A DNA stretch of 63,943 nt, the filler included. It is 6 parts of 6 records of this genome, joined end to end, with 100 filler letters (N's around TTAATTAATTAA, not from the genome) between each part and the next. Parts side by side here need not be neighbours in the genome. Positions count along the whole stretch, not along the records: positions 35,976 to 50,592 come from DRR723986_4885; 5 more parts are not named here. One strand, 5' to 3'. Below are positions 37,138-47,996 of this stretch, one piece after another (within the stretch, counting starts at the first letter, position 1; each line of letters opens with the position of its first letter). The notes under the pieces were generated by a model. The model did not search any database and was not told the origin of the DNA. It saw only the letters and a program-made list of their open reading frames with translations. Made by a program: the position numbers and the translations under genes.

Positions 37138-40063
37138 GCACTCGCCCTCCGTCGCGGTCAAAGAATACAGGATCAACCACTTCGCACAGAGTTTCCACCC
37201 CGCGCAGCCCATCCACCAGTTTCACGATTTCGCCATGGCGATCCCGACCATCTCCCAAGAACCCAAGCCCCAAGGCATGGCCCATAGTTGGTGAATGACA
37301 CACCGAGGTGACATAGCCCTGATCATTGGTCCGCACAGGCTCGTCACCCTTCTTGTAAAGATGCGCACCCGCTAGAATCTGGCCCTCGGCCTCGACTGGT
37401 TTCAGACCTACCAACACTTCGCGCCCCGGCTCTTCCAATCCGGGCCGCTGGGTCATGGTTTTGCCCATACAGTCCTTCTTGGCCGAGACCATCCGCCCCA
37501 TGCCAATATCATAGGCCGTGATCCGTCCATGAATTTCCGAATGGGTGATGAACCCCTTCTCAATCCGCAGCACGTTCAGCGCTTCCATCCCATAAGGACC
37601 GCCGCCCAACTCTTCTGCGCGTTGCACCAGCTTGCGGAACAGGCTGTCGCCATAGCGGGCCGGAACAGCAATCTCATAGGCATGTTCGCCCGAGAACGAG
37701 ATACGGAACAACCGCCCATCAACACCCAGAACCTTAACATCGCCACAGGCCATGAACGGCCAGTCTTCGTCGGTCAGCGGCTCGGACAGGATTTCGTTCA
37801 ACAATCCGCGTGCCTTTGGACCCGCGACCGCAAACTGCGCCCACTGTTCCGTCACCGAAGTAAACGTGACATCCAAATCCGGACGCAACGCCTGAGAGAC
37901 GAATTCCAGATGCTTCATCACTTCGCCAGCACCCGCCGTGGTGGTGGTCATCACATAGTGATTTTCCCCCAAACGTGCCGTGGTACCGTCATCCATGACA
38001 TAGCCATCTTCACGCAGCATCAAGCCATACCGCACCCGGTTCACTTTGAGCGTGCTGAACATATTGCAATAGACGAAATCAAGAAACGCAGCCGCGTCTG
38101 GCCCCTGAATGTCGATCTTGCCCAGCGTCGATACATCCGCGACACCCACGGCGTTGCGCACATAGCCAACCTCACGATTGCAGCTTTCCTGCCAGGTGGT
38201 TTCACCCGCCTTGCTGAAATAGCTGGGGCGATACCACAGACCCGCCTCGATCATAGGCGCTTTGCGCTCGACCGTGGCCTTGTGCGAGGTGGTGAACCGC
38301 TCGGGCGCAAAACCTTTGCCAGTGCCCCCGGCCCCAAAGGCCGCAATGGCCACCGGGTTGAACGGCGGACGGAAGGTGGTTGTCCCGGTTTCCGAGATCC
38401 CCCGCCCCGTCGCATCCGCCAGCACCGCCAAGGCCGCAACGTTCGAGTTCTTGCCCTGATCGGTTGCCATGCCTTGGGTCGTGTAGCGCTTCATATGCTC
38501 AACCGAGCGGAAGTTTTCGACCGCCGCCTGTTTCACATCCTTGACCGTGACGTCGTTCTGGAAATCCAGCCAAGCGCGCCCTTTGCCCGGAACCGCCCAC
38601 ATCGGTGCGATTTCATAGGGCATATCCTCGGCATGCGGCTGCGCCACATCTGGCGCACTCTGTCCCAACTCGCCCAGCGCTGCGGTTGCCGCCGCCGCAC
38701 CATCGCGCAGACAGCCCGCTGTTGAGAATGTTCCGTTACAAGACCCGGCCACATGCATCCCCGGCACAGACCCCGGAGTCGGCACAAAGGCCGCAATATC
38801 ACGCCGCCACGTCGGGCGCCCATTCATGTGACACGTCAGGTGCACCGATGGGTTCCACCCGCCGGTCATCGCCAGCACATCGGCCTGCACTTTGGTTTCG
38901 CCGCTGGCGCTGCGGATGGTGATGCTTTCCAAGCCTTTGCGCCCGGAACTGTTGCACACCTGTGCCCCACGATAGACGCGATAGTCATCCGTCATCGGCG
39001 CATCATGGCGGCTGTCGACAACCGCAGATACATGCACACCGGCAGCCAACAGATCCCGCGCCGTGCGATGCACATCATCGGTGTTGCCAAAGATCGCGAC
39101 ACGTTGCCCAGCGCTCACGCCCCAGCGGTTTAGATAAGCCCGCACAGCGCCAGCAGTCATGATCCCCGGACGGTCATTGTTGCGGAAGGCAACGGGACGC
39201 TCCAAGGCACCGGTGGCCAGCACCGACCGCTTGGCCACGATCCGCCAGAATGTCTCAAGCGCGCCGCCCTTGGGGCGGTCGCCTGTGTGATGCAAAACGC
39301 GTTCCAACGCTCCATATGTGCCGTTGTCAAACGCGCCGACAATCGCGGTGCGCGACATCAGACGCACATTGTCCATCGACTTCAGCTCGCTCAGAACCTC
39401 ATCCGCCCAGACATGCCCCGGCTTGCCGTCGATCTCATAAGTTTCCGCCAACAAGCGTCCGCCCATGCGGCTGTCTTCGTCCGCCAGAATGACATCCGCC
39501 CCGGCACGACCCGCGACCAGCGCCGCCATCAGGCCCGTTGGACCGGCCCCAATCACCAGCAGATCGCAGAACGCATAAGCCTTGTCATAGATATCGGCGT
39601 TCGGCTTGCCCGACAGCGCGCCCAGCCCCGCTGCCCGACGGATAATCGGCTCGTATAGTTTTTCCCAGAACGCGCGCGGCCACATGAAAGTCTTGTAATA
39701 AAACCCAGCCCCCAGAAACGGCGCGGCCAGATCGGTGATCGCCATCGGATCGAACTGCAACGACAGCCCGCGGTTCTGACTGCGCGCATCCAAACCGTTG
39801 AACACTTCTTGCACCGTGGCCCGCACGTTAGGCTCTTGCGAGCCCCCCGCACCAACAGTCATCAACGCGTTTGGCTCTTCGCTGCCAGCAGTCAGCACAC
39901 CGCGCGGACGGTGGTATTTGAACGACCGCGCCATCAGACGCACATCATTGGCCAACAAAGCCGAGGCCAGCGTGTCGCCTTCAAGCCCGGCATAGCGCGT
40001 GCCATCAAAACTGAACGACACCGATTTGGATCGGTCTAACAGACCTTTTCCTGCGATCCTCAT
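37130..40063 (-). CDS. soxA: Sarcosine oxidase subunit alpha
   Basis: GDTLASALLAN, RSFKYHRPRG, KRYTTQGMATDQGK, GcvT-like C-terminal half. Confidence 0.98.
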   Translation of the reverse strand: MRIAGKGLLDRSKSVSFSFDGTRYAGLEGDTLASALLANDVRLMARSFKYHRPRGVLTAGSEEPNALMTVGAGGSQEPNVRATVQEVFNGLDARSQNRGLSLQFDPMAITDLAAPFLGAGFYYKTFMWPRAFWEKLYEPIIRRAAGLGALSGKPNADIYDKAYAFCDLLVIGAGPTGLMAALVAGRAGADVILADEDSRMGGRLLAETYEIDGKPGHVWADEVLSELKSMDNVRLMSRTAIVGAFDNGTYGALERVLHHTGDRPKGGALETFWRIVAKRSVLATGALERPVAFRNNDRPGIMTAGAVRAYLNRWGVSAGQRVAIFGNTDDVHRTARDLLAAGVHVSAVVDSRHDAPMTDDYRVYRGAQVCNSSGRKGLESITIRSASGETKVQADVLAMTGGWNPSVHLTCHMNGRPTWRRDIAAFVPTPGSVPGMHVAGSCNGTFSTAGCLRDGAAAATAALGELGQSAPDVAQPHAEDMPYEIAPMWAVPGKGRAWLDFQNDVTVKDVKQAAVENFRSVEHMKRYTTQGMATDQGKNSNVAALAVLADATGRGISETGTTTFRPPFNPVAIAAFGAGGTGKGFAPERFTTSHKATVERKAPMIEAGLWYRPSYFSKAGETTWQESCNREVGYVRNAVGVADVSTLGKIDIQGPDAAAFLDFVYCNMFSTLKVNRVRYGLMLREDGYVMDDGTTARLGENHYVMTTTTAGAGEVMKHLEFVSQALRPDLDVTFTSVTEQWAQFAVAGPKARGLLNEILSEPLTDEDWPFMACGDVKVLGVDGRLFRISFSGEHAYEIAVPARYGDSLFRKLVQRAEELGGGPYGMEALNVLRIEKGFITHSEIHGRITAYDIGMGRMVSAKKDCMGKTMTQRPGLEEPGREVLVGLKPVEAEGQILAGAHLYKKGDEPVRTNDQGYVTSVCHSPTMGHALGLGFLGDGRDRHGEIVKLVDGLRGVETLCEVVDPVFFDRDGGRVRG

Positions 40064-40335
40064 GACGGGTCCCCCGCTACGGCATCTGTGACCCAGGTCG
40101 TGTCCGTAATTTCATGTGTAATGGTATTGCGCGCCACCACGATCCAAGCACCACAGCCTGCTTCGTGCTGCCACAGATCCCGCGTTTCACCTGCCGGGTT
40201 TTCGCGCAGATAGACATAGTTGTCCCAAGCCTCGACCCCAGCATCCGGTGCCGGGCGATCCAAAGCAACAGCATGCCCTTTGTAGTAAAACTCGCGACGA
40301 TCACGTTCCCCGCAATGTGGACAGATGATCCTCAT
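40060..40335 (-). CDS. soxD: Sarcosine oxidase subunit delta
   Basis: CPHCGER, WQHEAGC zinc motif. Confidence 0.96.
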   Translation of the reverse strand: MRIICPHCGERDRREFYYKGHAVALDRPAPDAGVEAWDNYVYLRENPAGETRDLWQHEAGCGAWIVVARNTITHEITDTTWVTDAVAGDPS

Positions 40336-40394
40336 GATCCCTCTCCCATCTTCATCTTTTCAACAATTCTCAAATCCAACATCAGTCCCGCTCC

Positions 40395-41648
40395 CTAATG
40401 CAGATTGTGCTGAGAGCCTTTGCCCTCTTCATCGATAATGCCACGCCCGGTGCGGAACCGATCCAACTGGAACCGTGTCGCATTCTCGTGATACCGGTCC
40501 GTCGCCAGCAAGTGCGCGAACACGTTGCCCGACCCCGGTACGGCCTTAAAGCCACCGTAGTTCCAGCCGCAATTCACATAGAGCCCGTCAATATGAGTCC
40601 GGTCGATGATCGGTGACCCATCCGGTGACATATCCATGATGCCGCCCCAGCTGCGCAGCATCTTGGCCTTACCAATCATCGGCATCATCGCCATGCCGGC
40701 TTCCATCACATGTTCCGCCGTCGGCAGGTTGCCCCGTGCGGCGTAAGAGGAATAGAAATCCAGATCGCCCCCAAAGACGAGCCCGCCCTTGTCCGACTGA
40801 CTGATATAGAAATGGCCCATGCCAAAGGTCACGACATTGTCGATCACAGGTTTCAGACCCTCGGTCACAAAGGCCTGCAAAACGTGGCTTTCAATCGGCA
40901 AGTGCATCCCTGCCATCGCCGCAACCTGGCTAGACCGCCCGGCCACAACCATCGCGACCTTCTTGGCCTTGATCGCCCCGCGCGAGGTTTGCACGCCGCG
41001 CACCTGACCATCTTCGATATCGATCCCGGTCACTTCGCAGTTCTGCAACAGATCCACACCGCGCTGGTCCGCCCCTCGTGCAAACCCCCACGCCACCGCA
41101 TCGTGGCGCGCCGTGCCGCCGCGTGGGTGATATAGACCGCCATAGATCGGGAACCGCGCATTGTCGAAATCGAGATACGGTAGCATACCGCGCAGCTCGT
41201 CCCGACCCAACATAACCGCATCATCGCCTTGGCTGATCATCATGTTGCCCTGACGCGCCCGCGCATCGCGCTGGCCGTCTGAGTGGAACAGGTTGATGAT
41301 ACCCCGCTGGGAATGCATCACGTTATAGTTCAGGTCTTCTTCCAGACCCTCCCACAGCTTTAGCGAATGGGAATAGAATTCCGAATTCCCCTGTAGGAAA
41401 TAGTTGGCCCGGACAATCGTGGTGTTCCGGCCAATATTGCCGCCCCCGATATATCCCTTTTCCAACACCGCAATATTGGTCAGACCGTGTTCTTTGGCCA
41501 AATAATAAGCCGTGGCCAGCCCGTGACCCCCGCCGCCAATAATCAGAATGTCATATTCAGCTTTGGGTTCAGGATCGCGCCAATGAGGTTTCCACCCCTT
41601 GTTGCCAGTCAACCCTTCCTTCAGAACACGAAGGCCTGAAAATCGCAT
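40395..41648 (-). CDS. soxB: Sarcosine oxidase subunit beta
   Basis: GGGGHGLATAYYLA, GRNTTIVRANY, ARHDAVAWG. Confidence 0.97.
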   Translation of the reverse strand: MRFSGLRVLKEGLTGNKGWKPHWRDPEPKAEYDILIIGGGGHGLATAYYLAKEHGLTNIAVLEKGYIGGGNIGRNTTIVRANYFLQGNSEFYSHSLKLWEGLEEDLNYNVMHSQRGIINLFHSDGQRDARARQGNMMISQGDDAVMLGRDELRGMLPYLDFDNARFPIYGGLYHPRGGTARHDAVAWGFARGADQRGVDLLQNCEVTGIDIEDGQVRGVQTSRGAIKAKKVAMVVAGRSSQVAAMAGMHLPIESHVLQAFVTEGLKPVIDNVVTFGMGHFYISQSDKGGLVFGGDLDFYSSYAARGNLPTAEHVMEAGMAMMPMIGKAKMLRSWGGIMDMSPDGSPIIDRTHIDGLYVNCGWNYGGFKAVPGSGNVFAHLLATDRYHENATRFQLDRFRTGRGIIDEEGKGSQHNLH

Positions 41649-41822
41649 GATGTCTTTCCTTTTGCGTGGGTCACAGTGAACCCGTTGCCAGAAACGTAAC
41701 AACGCCCTCTTACCACGCCATCCCCCTTTTCGACAAAATGCTGCCCATCTGCGACCAGCGGTTAAGCAAGCGCGACGTGATCACTGCAATCGGGCAAATT
41801 CCTTAGGTGCAAGAAGTCAGCC

Positions 41823-42722
41823 TCAGAACCGCACGCGCATTGCTATTCCTGCAATCGGTGCGGTGCTGTAGCTTTGGTTGCTGATTTCTACACCCGCCGC
41901 CGACTCCAGCGTCAATTGACCATTCAGCTCCGCACCCACAAACGCATTCAGGCTGACTCCGGCGTTGGGTGTATAATCAACGGACAACACGATGGGGATG
42001 CTACTGTCTTCGCCAACGCCCCCCGGGGCAAGACCTGCATTATCCAACCGAAAGCGCACGCGCTCTGACCGGGCGGCAAGGGAAAAACTGAACTGGTCGT
42101 TGTGCTTGTATCGCAGCGACACCCCCGGGCCCTGAGTGGCCCCCAACCCGGTGCCTGTGCTCAGGTTCCATTGATCGGCGATGTCCCAATCCACCAACAG
42201 TGCAGGAAACACTTCGGTCTCACTGATGCCCAATTCAGAAAATGCCCCGAACGCCGGGCCGATGCGCAGCGATTGGTTCATCTGCCAACTGACGCCTGCG
42301 AATACACCATAGGTACGCCCATCTGACGCGCTGACCCCTTGCTCATAATCCCACCGGACCTGCGGCGACACAAACAAATCGGCATTACCACCCAACTGAA
42401 ATCGCATCGGTGCCGATATCCGAATGTCACGAATATCACTCCAAGGCTGATTGCCACCTGAACTAAAGTCATATGAAAACTGCCCATAACTCACGAACAG
42501 CCCAGCCGAGGTGCCATTCTCGAACCTGTACAGCCCCCCCGCCCTCAAGAAGGCACGGTTCGCACTGAATTCGCCACCACCACTCAGATCCGAATTGCCC
42601 TGATAGACGGCCAAACCGTCCACAACCGTGAACCAGCCGGTGCGTTGTTGGGCATATCCGGGCGCAGCTATAACACTCGTCGCCAACACGGCAGCAGTGA
42701 CAGATTTGATATGGCGCGGCAT
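41823..42722 (-). CDS. Outer-membrane beta-barrel protein
   Basis: Signal peptide, alternating amphipathic strands, C-terminal Phe. Confidence 0.75.
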   Translation of the reverse strand: MPRHIKSVTAAVLATSVIAAPGYAQQRTGWFTVVDGLAVYQGNSDLSGGGEFSANRAFLRAGGLYRFENGTSAGLFVSYGQFSYDFSSGGNQPWSDIRDIRISAPMRFQLGGNADLFVSPQVRWDYEQGVSASDGRTYGVFAGVSWQMNQSLRIGPAFGAFSELGISETEVFPALLVDWDIADQWNLSTGTGLGATQGPGVSLRYKHNDQFSFSLAARSERVRFRLDNAGLAPGGVGEDSSIPIVLSVDYTPNAGVSLNAFVGAELNGQLTLESAAGVEISNQSYSTAPIAGIAMRVRF

Positions 42723-42824
42723 GGCTTACTCCGACTAAGGTCCGCTCAAACTTAGCGCGCTCCGGTCAAACACCCAGCCACAGCTCAACACTTTTCTCGC
42801 AAAGCAGTCACAGGAGCAACACTC

Positions 42825-43766
42825 ATGCCCTCTCGCTTGGAACTCTCTTCCCGCTATGTGGACCCGAATTGCTACCCCCACGGTGTCGCGTATATGGATG
42901 GGCAATACCTCCCCATGAGCGAAGCCCGGATTTCAGTATTGGATTATGGGTTTCTGCATTCAGATGCGACTTATGATGTGGTCCACGTTTGGAAGGGTGC
43001 ATTTTTCCGACTGGACACTCACATCGACCGGTTCCTGAATGGGCTCGACAAATTGCACATGTCGATCCCCTATGACACTGGTCAGATTGCAGCGATCTTG
43101 CACAACTGCGTGGCCCTATCGGGATTGCAAAACGCCTATGTGGAGTTCATCTGCACCCGCGGGACATCGCCCACTTTCAGCCGTGACCCCCGCGACGCGG
43201 TCAATCGCTTTATCGCCTTTGCCATCCCCTTTGGATCTGTCGCAAATCCCGACCAGATGCAGCGCGGTCTGCATGCCGCGATTTCTGACGTGGTGCGTAT
43301 TCCCCCGCCCTCGGTCGATCCAACGATCAAGAACTATCACTGGCTTGATTTGATCACCGGCCTTTATGACGCCTATGACAAAGGCGCGGAAACGGTGATC
43401 CTGAAAGATGCACATGGCAATCTTGCCGAGGGTCCGGGATTCAACCTGTTCGTGATCAAGGATGGGTGCGTCACAACACCGGATCACGGCGTACTGCTGG
43501 GGATCACCCGGCAAACAGTCTTTGATCTGTGTGCTCTGCACCAAATCCCCTGCTGCACCGCCGCCGTGTCTGTGCACGCCCTGCAAACCGCTGACGAGGC
43601 GTTCATCACATCAACCGCTGGAGGTGTTATGCCCCTGACCCGGATCAATGGCGACCCCATTGGTTCAGGCGCTGTCGGCACGATCACGAAACAACTCATG
43701 GATGCCTATTGGATCAGCCATTCAGACGCGTCATCCCGGTCCGCCGTATTGTATCCCGCCCCCTGA
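42825..43766 (+). CDS. Fold-type IV aminotransferase, (R)-selective amine transaminase-like
   Basis: GFLHSDATYDV, FFRLDTH, YVEFICTRG, KNYHWLDL, EGPGFN, LLGITR, STAGG. Confidence 0.85.
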   Translation: MPSRLELSSRYVDPNCYPHGVAYMDGQYLPMSEARISVLDYGFLHSDATYDVVHVWKGAFFRLDTHIDRFLNGLDKLHMSIPYDTGQIAAILHNCVALSGLQNAYVEFICTRGTSPTFSRDPRDAVNRFIAFAIPFGSVANPDQMQRGLHAAISDVVRIPPPSVDPTIKNYHWLDLITGLYDAYDKGAETVILKDAHGNLAEGPGFNLFVIKDGCVTTPDHGVLLGITRQTVFDLCALHQIPCCTAAVSVHALQTADEAFITSTAGGVMPLTRINGDPIGSGAVGTITKQLMDAYWISHSDASSRSAVLYPAP

Positions 43767-43885
43767 TTGGATCAATCACGGCCACTGACCATAAAATGAC
43801 ATCGCGCAAACCCCGTGACGCATTCCCGGCGATGGGACGCGAAAAAGGTCGCTGTGTGAAAGGCTATGTTATCCACATCAAGACT

Positions 43886-43912
43886 AAAGGCGGTGCGCAA
43901 ACCACCGCCTTT
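43886..43912. terminator. Bidirectional terminator
   Basis: aaaggcggtg / caccgccttt between convergent genes. Confidence 0.7.
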
Positions 43913-43945
43913 CCAAACCTTCACAACACAAGCAACCCTGTCCCA

Positions 43946-44260
43946 TCAGCCGTATCTGCGAAAGGCTTCCAGTTCGAGGTCCAGCCTCAGTTGCTGATCA
44001 GCAATCTCTTTCATCAGGGATTTTCGTGTAGCCTCATCTGTTTCATTTTTTAGCGACTGATAAAGCGCGGAGATATTGCTCTTCAACTGCATAGCCAAAG
44101 GTTTAGCCTGACTTTCCTTCATGAGACGGTCAATTACTGCGTCCTTGGGCTTGGAGAGAAACTCCAGCGGCTTACCAGCTCCCGGAAGGCTCTTGAACTC
44201 ACCGGATTTTTCGGCTGCCTTCATCGCCATTTCGATTGCAGAGCTCAGTGGATGTCCCAT
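43946..44260 (-). CDS. DUF1992 domain protein
   Basis: GEFKSLPGAGKPL motif. Confidence 0.8.
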   Translation of the reverse strand: MGHPLSSAIEMAMKAAEKSGEFKSLPGAGKPLEFLSKPKDAVIDRLMKESQAKPLAMQLKSNISALYQSLKNETDEATRKSLMKEIADQQLRLDLELEAFRRYG

Positions 44261-44412
44261 AAATCACGCCTCTCATGTTTGCACAATTTAGATAGTGTCC
44301 TTTTGGCCTTTTGTAAGTCATCTCCCACAGATCCATGGGCATCCGCGCAACCCGCAAACGTAGTCCCCTGACAGACGTCACCTGGGAGAGAATTCAAAAA
44401 TTAGGGGCGCAC

Positions 44413-44446
44413 AAAAAAACGCTGCCGGAAATACATCCGGCAGCGT
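44413..44446 (-). terminator. Terminator of gdh
   Basis: acgctgccgga / tccggcagcgt stem with A7. Confidence 0.8.
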
Positions 44447-44516
44447 AATGCTACTGTTCCTGTCGGCGGCAATGCGTTTCAAACCCTGCGCGCCGTTTCG
44501 GATTTCCCGCTTCAGA

Positions 44517-45947
44517 TCACAGACCTTTGGCGCGATAGCTTGCGGCGACCTTTTCGATCGAAACCAGATAGGCCGCTGTGCGCAGATCCTCGACATCGTC
44601 ACGGCTGTGCCAGACTTCGCGCATCGACTGATAGGCAATCCGCATCGTGTCATCCAGACCCGAGCGCACCAGTTCCAGCTCGCCCGCACCGCGCAGATAC
44701 TTCTGCTTGAAATCAGGAGACATCGACCATGCATCACCTAGATAGTTATCCAACCGCTGTAATTCGTCGATCACCAACTGGTGGCGCGCTTCTTCTTGAC
44801 GGCGCTGCATCCGGCCAAAGCGGATGTGGCTCAGGTTTTTGACCCACTCAAAGTAGGACACCGTCACACCACCGGCGTTTGCATACATATCCGGAATGAT
44901 CACACAGCCCTTTTTGCGCAGGATCTCATCGCCACCGGCCGTCACCGGACCATTCGCGGCCTCGATGATCAACGGCGCTTTGATGCGCGCAGCGTTGGAC
45001 AGGTTGATCACCCCCTCCATCGCAGCCGGAATCAGAATGTCGCACTCTTCTTCCATCACCGCTGCACCATCCGCCACATGGGTCGCATCCGGGAACCCGG
45101 CCACGCCGCCATGCTTGACGATCCAGTTGTGCACCCCTTCGACATCCAGACCGTCCGCGTTAAACAACGCCCCGTCCCGTTCGATGATGCCGATGATCCG
45201 CGCGCCGTCTTCCTCGCTCAGGAACTTGGCGGCGTGATAGCCCACGTTGCCCAGCCCCTGCACGATAACCCGTTTGCCATCGAGCGTACCGGTCATCCCG
45301 GCCTTTTCCATATCACGTGGATCGCGGAAGAATTCCTGCAACGCATATTGCACGCCGCGCCCAGTTGCCTCGACCCGACCCGAGATACCGCCCGCATTTA
45401 GCGGCTTGCCCGTCACACAGGCGCGCGCATTGATATCCGTGGTGTTCATCCGGGCATATTGGTCCGCGATCCAGGCCATTTCCCGTTCGCCGGTGCCCAT
45501 ATCAGGCGCAGGTACGTTTTGGCTGGGATGGATCAGGTCGCGTTTGGCCAGCTCATAGGCAAAGCGCCGGGTGATCTGTTCCAACTCATGTTCGTCGTAC
45601 TGACGCGGATCAATGCACAGGCCGCCCTTCGAGCCGCCAAACGGCGCCTCAACCAAGGCACATTTGTACGTCATCAGTGCCGCAAGAGCTTCGACCTCAT
45701 CCTGATTGACGGACGGCGCAAAGCGGATGCCGCCCTTGACCGGTTCCATATGTTCGGAATGCACCGAACGATATCCGACAAAGGTTTGCATCTGGCCACG
45801 CAATCGCACCCCGAACCGAACGGTATAAGTTGCGTTACAAACTCTGATCTTTTCTTCTAACCCCGGGGGCAGATCCATCAGGGCAACCGCCCTGTTGAAC
45901 ATCAGATCAACACTCTCACGAAAGCTTGGCTCATTACTGCGGGTCAT
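44517..45947 (-). CDS. gdhA: Glutamate dehydrogenase (Glu/Leu/Phe/Val family)
   Basis: KGGIRF, PFGGSKGG, VPAPDMGT, QGLGNVG, NAGGVTVSYFEW. Confidence 0.95.
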   Translation of the reverse strand: MTRSNEPSFRESVDLMFNRAVALMDLPPGLEEKIRVCNATYTVRFGVRLRGQMQTFVGYRSVHSEHMEPVKGGIRFAPSVNQDEVEALAALMTYKCALVEAPFGGSKGGLCIDPRQYDEHELEQITRRFAYELAKRDLIHPSQNVPAPDMGTGEREMAWIADQYARMNTTDINARACVTGKPLNAGGISGRVEATGRGVQYALQEFFRDPRDMEKAGMTGTLDGKRVIVQGLGNVGYHAAKFLSEEDGARIIGIIERDGALFNADGLDVEGVHNWIVKHGGVAGFPDATHVADGAAVMEEECDILIPAAMEGVINLSNAARIKAPLIIEAANGPVTAGGDEILRKKGCVIIPDMYANAGGVTVSYFEWVKNLSHIRFGRMQRRQEEARHQLVIDELQRLDNYLGDAWSMSPDFKQKYLRGAGELELVRSGLDDTMRIAYQSMREVWHSRDDVEDLRTAAYLVSIEKVAASYRAKGL

Positions 45948-46280
45948 TAATTTCCTCCATGACCAATACGACTCATCTCATGGCGTTTTGTCGCAGCCCT
46001 ACTATGGCCTTTCCGTTAACAAGTGCGACAAAATTAAGCACTTTACAAAAATCTATTTTTTTCATTGATCCGATTCGACGCCCCAACACCAACAAAAATG
46101 GCTATTGTCCCCAGCCCGGAAACAGCGGCGGCTGATCCCCGGCCAATGTAGCCAATCTCCAAGCAATCTCCCTTATTTCGCGCGGTTTCTGCCCCATTCT
46201 CGCCACCTTCGCCCTGCAGTTTTACGGAACAGAACTGTGTCCTGCGAACTGGATTCCAGTGTCGAGGAAAGAGGTAAAAA

Positions 46281-47996
46281 ATGAGCCAATGTTCCAAATT
46301 CACCCGTGGGGGCTCCCAGCCCGCACGTTCCTGGGTCACCACACGCCTGTTGCGTTTTCGCGACACCGAAGATGGTGTTTTGACCATTTTTGCCCTGTTC
46401 TCATTCCTTCTCATTCTCATGGTCGCAGGGATCGGCATCGATCTGATGCGCTTTGAACGGGATCGCACCCGACTGCAATACACGCTGGATCGCGCAGTTC
46501 TTGCCGCGGCTGACCTTGATCAAACTCTCGATCCCAAAGCAGTCGTGCGCGACTATTTTGAAAAAGCCAATCTGGTTGATTTTCTAGAAGATCCGGTGAT
46601 CACGCCGGGCATCGGATACCGGATCGTCTCGGCCAAAGCCAAGGCGACCTTCCCAACGCAGTTCATGCACATGACCGGCATTGACACCCTCACCGCTCCT
46701 GCTTCGGCCAGCGCCGAAGAAAGCGTCGGCGGCGTTGAAATTTCTCTTGTCCTCGATGTGTCTGGCTCGATGAACTCTTACTCTCGCCTGAGCAAGCTCA
46801 AGGTCGCGGCCAAAGAGTTCGTCCAGCAAATGGATGACAATACTGTTGACGGCAAGCTGTCGATCTCGATCGTGCCATATTCTTCACAGGTTTCTGTCCC
46901 CGACTACCTGATGAAACACATGACAACGACCGGTGAAAACCGTCATGCGAACTGCATCAACTTTAGCGAAGCAGATTTCAACACCGTTAATCTGGACCCC
47001 GATATCAGCCGTCCACGCACACTGAACGGATCGATCTGGAGCCACCAGAACTACGACAATCGCTCTTCAAACCAGCCGATCACCAGCTGGGTCGATTGTC
47101 GCAACCGCCCTGAACGCGACATCCTCGTGATGCAGAGCGATAGCGAAAAAATGAAGACCTACATCGGCAACCTGACCGCCAGTGGCAACACCTCTATCGA
47201 CATCGGTATGAAGTGGGGCGCAGGCTTGGTCGACAATTCGACGAACAAGTTGATCAAGCGCTTGATTGTTGACGAAAACGTCGCCGACACCTTCACCGAC
47301 CGCCCCTACACACGGGATTCAGGCGAGACCCTCAAAGTGATCGTATTGATGACAGATGGTCAAAACACCAGTCAGGGTGAAATTCTGCCACCCTACCGCG
47401 AAGGCAATTCCCCCGTATGGTGGAACGCCAATGCACGGGTCTATTCGACCTATGACCCTGCCCGCGAAGAGTACTTCTGGCACAACAACCGCACCTGGAA
47501 CGATCACCCCTATGGCAATGGCCAATACACTGTGACCGAAACCACCGGGCAATGGGTCTGCCGCGATAGACGCTACAACGGCTGCTATGACTGGGACTAC
47601 CAAACCACCACCACAACAACAACCAAAGATGAACCCGGAACGGCCGTCAATCTCTCCTTCCCAGAGCTGTGGGACTACACCACCGTCCAGTGGCACAAGA
47701 ACCTGCAGGCCCAGCGTATCGGCTCTTACAAGGCGCAGGATCTTTGGTTCAACAAAGTCGGCAAAGGGTATGGTGGCACAGAAAAAGACACCCGCTCGCT
47801 GGCGATCTGCTCGGCCGCCAAAGATGCCGGTAACATCGTCTACACCATCGGCTTCGAAGCCCCGTCCGCAGGCCTGAACATCCTCAAGAAATGCGCCAGC
47901 TCTGACAGCCATTTCTATGATGTAGAAGGTCTCGAAATCGAAGATGCATTCACGTCCATTGCCTCTTCCATCCGCAAATTGAGGTTGACCCAATGA
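46281..47996 (+). CDS. tadG: TadG-like Flp pilus protein with vWA domain
   Basis: Prepilin-like N-terminus, GIGIDLMR, LVLDVSGSM MIDAS motif, MTDG, YTIGF. Confidence 0.88.
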   Translation: MSQCSKFTRGGSQPARSWVTTRLLRFRDTEDGVLTIFALFSFLLILMVAGIGIDLMRFERDRTRLQYTLDRAVLAAADLDQTLDPKAVVRDYFEKANLVDFLEDPVITPGIGYRIVSAKAKATFPTQFMHMTGIDTLTAPASASAEESVGGVEISLVLDVSGSMNSYSRLSKLKVAAKEFVQQMDDNTVDGKLSISIVPYSSQVSVPDYLMKHMTTTGENRHANCINFSEADFNTVNLDPDISRPRTLNGSIWSHQNYDNRSSNQPITSWVDCRNRPERDILVMQSDSEKMKTYIGNLTASGNTSIDIGMKWGAGLVDNSTNKLIKRLIVDENVADTFTDRPYTRDSGETLKVIVLMTDGQNTSQGEILPPYREGNSPVWWNANARVYSTYDPAREEYFWHNNRTWNDHPYGNGQYTVTETTGQWVCRDRRYNGCYDWDYQTTTTTTTKDEPGTAVNLSFPELWDYTTVQWHKNLQAQRIGSYKAQDLWFNKVGKGYGGTEKDTRSLAICSAAKDAGNIVYTIGFEAPSAGLNILKKCASSDSHFYDVEGLEIEDAFTSIASSIRKLRLTQ

